From assembly GCA_036397855.1 (NCBI GenBank), contig DASWID010000136.1, positions 1 through 63,789 on the forward strand: DNA of 63,789 nt, written 5' to 3'. This DNA is from Thermodesulfobacteriota bacterium (GTDB lineage Bacteria; Desulfobacterota_D; UBA1144; Nemesobacterales; CSP1-2). Numbering within the stretch: position 1 is the stretch's first letter; the number at the start of each line of letters is the position of its first letter. The notes below the pieces were generated by a model. It was not told the origin of the DNA and did not search any database. It saw nothing but the letters and a program-made list of their open reading frames with translations. A program made the translations under genes and the position numbers. This document shows positions 61,752 to 63,789 of the stretch, one piece after another.

Positions 61752-63049
61752 AAGTTTGAAGAAATAATTTTTCTAATCCTATTCCCGCAAACCTTACAAA
61801 AAGAATTATGACCCAGTGATCGCATGATACAGAATGCTTCTGGTCTGTATACTCCACAATGATGATGGAAAGCACCCTCAAAGGCACCCACCTTGCCAGC
61901 CAAGTGAGAAGGTGGCTTAGGACTGAAGTCATTACAATTGGGATTCCGGAAAAAGGGGATTTCATCCTCTTCGACAATCAAATGACCCCATTTTAGCCTT
62001 GCTCGCTCGATTGATGTCGCGATGTTAGCCTCTGAGCGAGGTTGGCCCGCATATCGCTTTCCAATCAGTCCATTGCTACCCGCATATTCATATTCATCTG
62101 CCAATCCAAACCCAGAGTGACCCATTTCATGAATGCCGATTTTAGCAGATTGTGGATGAGCTGAAAACACGGCTACTGTTCCGCCTGAACCACCGTAGAG
62201 TTCCGTATTTACTATCATCATAGCCAAATTATATTCTGGAACATTTTGTCTTGCTACAAGCAATGCTAAATCCTGGTTCGCCACTATCAATCTGTCATTT
62301 GATGCAAAGTTATAGAAACGTGCATCGAAGTATGTTCTTGGATTATCCTGTGGATTCCTTGGATCCGCGATTCCGCTATCTATTGAGGCAACATTTACAA
62401 GGTACACATTTACTAAATTCCATAATTCCGTAAAAGGATGAGTAGCTTTCAACTTTGAAATGAAACCTTCTGAATGCCCATGGAAGTCGGGAATCTCACT
62501 ATCTCGATATCCCTCCGAAAGCAATACAATGTTCCACTTTTCAGTGGAGGAACCATTATCGACCAATTTTGTAATGCCTATTAGCCTCCCCTCTTCTAAA
62601 TCGCGAGGTGCAGCCATCGTCTCCGTATCCAGTTCAAGGTTTTCCAACCCTAGTTCCAGACTCAAAACTTCCCAGGAAGGCACTGATACGTCATCCTCTT
62701 CAAAACTGCCATAAATAGAGAGATGGGTAGCTACCGGAATGTCAGGAACTAGAACTGAGAAATCCCCATGTTGTTCTGCGGCATCCGGGATCTCCCATCT
62801 AACACCCTCTTCATTTCCATAAGAGAATAATTCCTTATCAACACGAATCGGATTGTGGATTATTTGTCTATACACCACATCACCCTGTTCGTCACTCAAG
62901 ATTACCCACCAGCCAGATTCATCTTCATAATCCTCAATTGCATCGGATGGCGGAGGAATCTTCTTTATCCTGCTCCAGGAAACCAGCTCTATGTCTCTAT
63001 CCCTGTATTCAAAATTTAAGCGTGTGCTTTTATGCCAGGCTCGTTTCAT
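61748..63049 (-). CDS. M64-like zinc metallopeptidase
   Basis: HEMGHSGFGLADEY plus a C-terminal CIMRS...FCKVC pattern. Confidence 0.7.
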   Translation of the reverse strand: MKRAWHKSTRLNFEYRDRDIELVSWSRIKKIPPPSDAIEDYEDESGWWVILSDEQGDVVYRQIIHNPIRVDKELFSYGNEEGVRWEIPDAAEQHGDFSVLVPDIPVATHLSIYGSFEEDDVSVPSWEVLSLELGLENLELDTETMAAPRDLEEGRLIGITKLVDNGSSTEKWNIVLLSEGYRDSEIPDFHGHSEGFISKLKATHPFTELWNLVNVYLVNVASIDSGIADPRNPQDNPRTYFDARFYNFASNDRLIVANQDLALLVARQNVPEYNLAMMIVNTELYGGSGGTVAVFSAHPQSAKIGIHEMGHSGFGLADEYEYAGSNGLIGKRYAGQPRSEANIATSIERARLKWGHLIVEEDEIPFFRNPNCNDFSPKPPSHLAGKVGAFEGAFHHHCGVYRPEAFCIMRSLGHNSFCKVCGNRIRKIISSNF

Positions 63050-63252
63050 GTTGGAAATTCCTTGATTGCAGGATTTATGGATCGAATGAGATGAGGCGGC
63101 TCATCTATATGTTGTTTTAAATTCTACTTAAAATCCCGAAGATGATAGATGAAACTGATAACGATCTTTTCAAATAATGGTCAATCGTAATATCTAAACT
63201 GATACTTGATATATGGAGGCTAACCTCCTGTGTTAATTATAATTATTAAACT

Positions 63253-63759
63253 TTAATCACAAAGTATCACAGCCGGAGCGCTCTGATCCGGTCCTTTTTC
63301 ATGAACAATGAGCTCATGGTCTTTAGTTGGTGGTTTATTTTCAAACCAACATTTACCCAAATCTATCCGATACTCCCATAGCTCCCCCTTTGAGGTCTTG
63401 ATCCGCAAAAGACCATCGGTGTTTCTCATACCAAGAAACTTATGCTGTTTATCTATCTCTACTATCCAGCCATCTTCTTTTGGATTGCCGGATTCATCTA
63501 AGGAAGCTTTTCTGTTAACAATGAAGTTCATTGTGATCGATTCGCCGGGTTCTAATATCAAGGGTTCACCTATTGATCCTGGTGCTGGAAACATATGAAT
63601 TTCATCTGCGGTTTCGTTTTTTACAATAAGAATTTGTGAGAATGTAGGGGGTAGGGATTCCGGATTAATTGGATTGGCTGTCTTCTTCTTACAGCCAACA
63701 ATAGTGACAATTAGAAAAATGAAAATCAGAGACTTGATCAATCCATAATCTCTTAGCAT
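63253..63759 (-). CDS. lipoprotein, function unknown
   Basis: Signal peptide with lipobox IVGC. Strong AAGGAGG upstream. Confidence 0.7.
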   Translation of the reverse strand: MLRDYGLIKSLIFIFLIVTIVGCKKKTANPINPESLPPTFSQILIVKNETADEIHMFPAPGSIGEPLILEPGESITMNFIVNRKASLDESGNPKEDGWIVEIDKQHKFLGMRNTDGLLRIKTSKGELWEYRIDLGKCWFENKPPTKDHELIVHEKGPDQSAPAVILCD

Positions 63760-63789
63760 AGTGAAACCTCCTTAATGAACCTTCGTCAA

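Overview
AT-rich (by eye), tightly packed bacterial chromosomal segment with about 55 credible CDS, most on the minus strand. I cannot assign the organism from sequence alone.

Content is mostly housekeeping:
- ybeY, scpA/scpB, xerD, ahcY-metK, rpe, folC, a Fur-family regulator and pdxJ.
- The conserved ftsH-folP-cdaA-cdaR-glmM (c-di-AMP) block.
- cysK, a class A PBP, comEA, lutABC and ileS.
- An aceE-aceF-lpd pyruvate dehydrogenase operon with a second, divergent lpd plus lipB.

I saw no rRNA or tRNA genes, CRISPR array, transposase, prophage or recognisable defence genes. I do not see a clear-cut novel multi-gene system, and most of the window is ordinary.

The parts worth a second look:
1. 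Two gene cassettes, cbs-cspA and an HSL-type esterase, are each bracketed by long imperfect inverted repeats made of REP/MITE-like units.
2. Two conserved enzymes (HDAC-family deacetylase and LutA) have conserved N-termini reachable only from ATT or ATA start codons, each behind a good Shine-Dalgarno.
3. A 1446-aa CHASE3/PAS/multi-GAF histidine kinase has three near-tandem GAF copies. It sits with two receivers lacking DNA-binding outputs, one ending in a CxxC...CxxC zinc ribbon.
4. A relic of an lpd 3' end lies next to that signalling module.
5. A DnaD-like protein is paired with a DnaC/IstB-like AAA+ protein that carries a DnaJ-type cysteine-rich N-terminus.
6. Eleven GATGCAN heptamers fill the lpd-lipB spacer.
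7. An SDR gene is followed by tandem alpha/beta-hydrolase paralogs, one with its nucleophile Ser replaced by Gly.
8. Three convergent gene pairs share a palindromic TTAA as both stop codons.

All calls come from reading translations and hand alignment; no database search was run.
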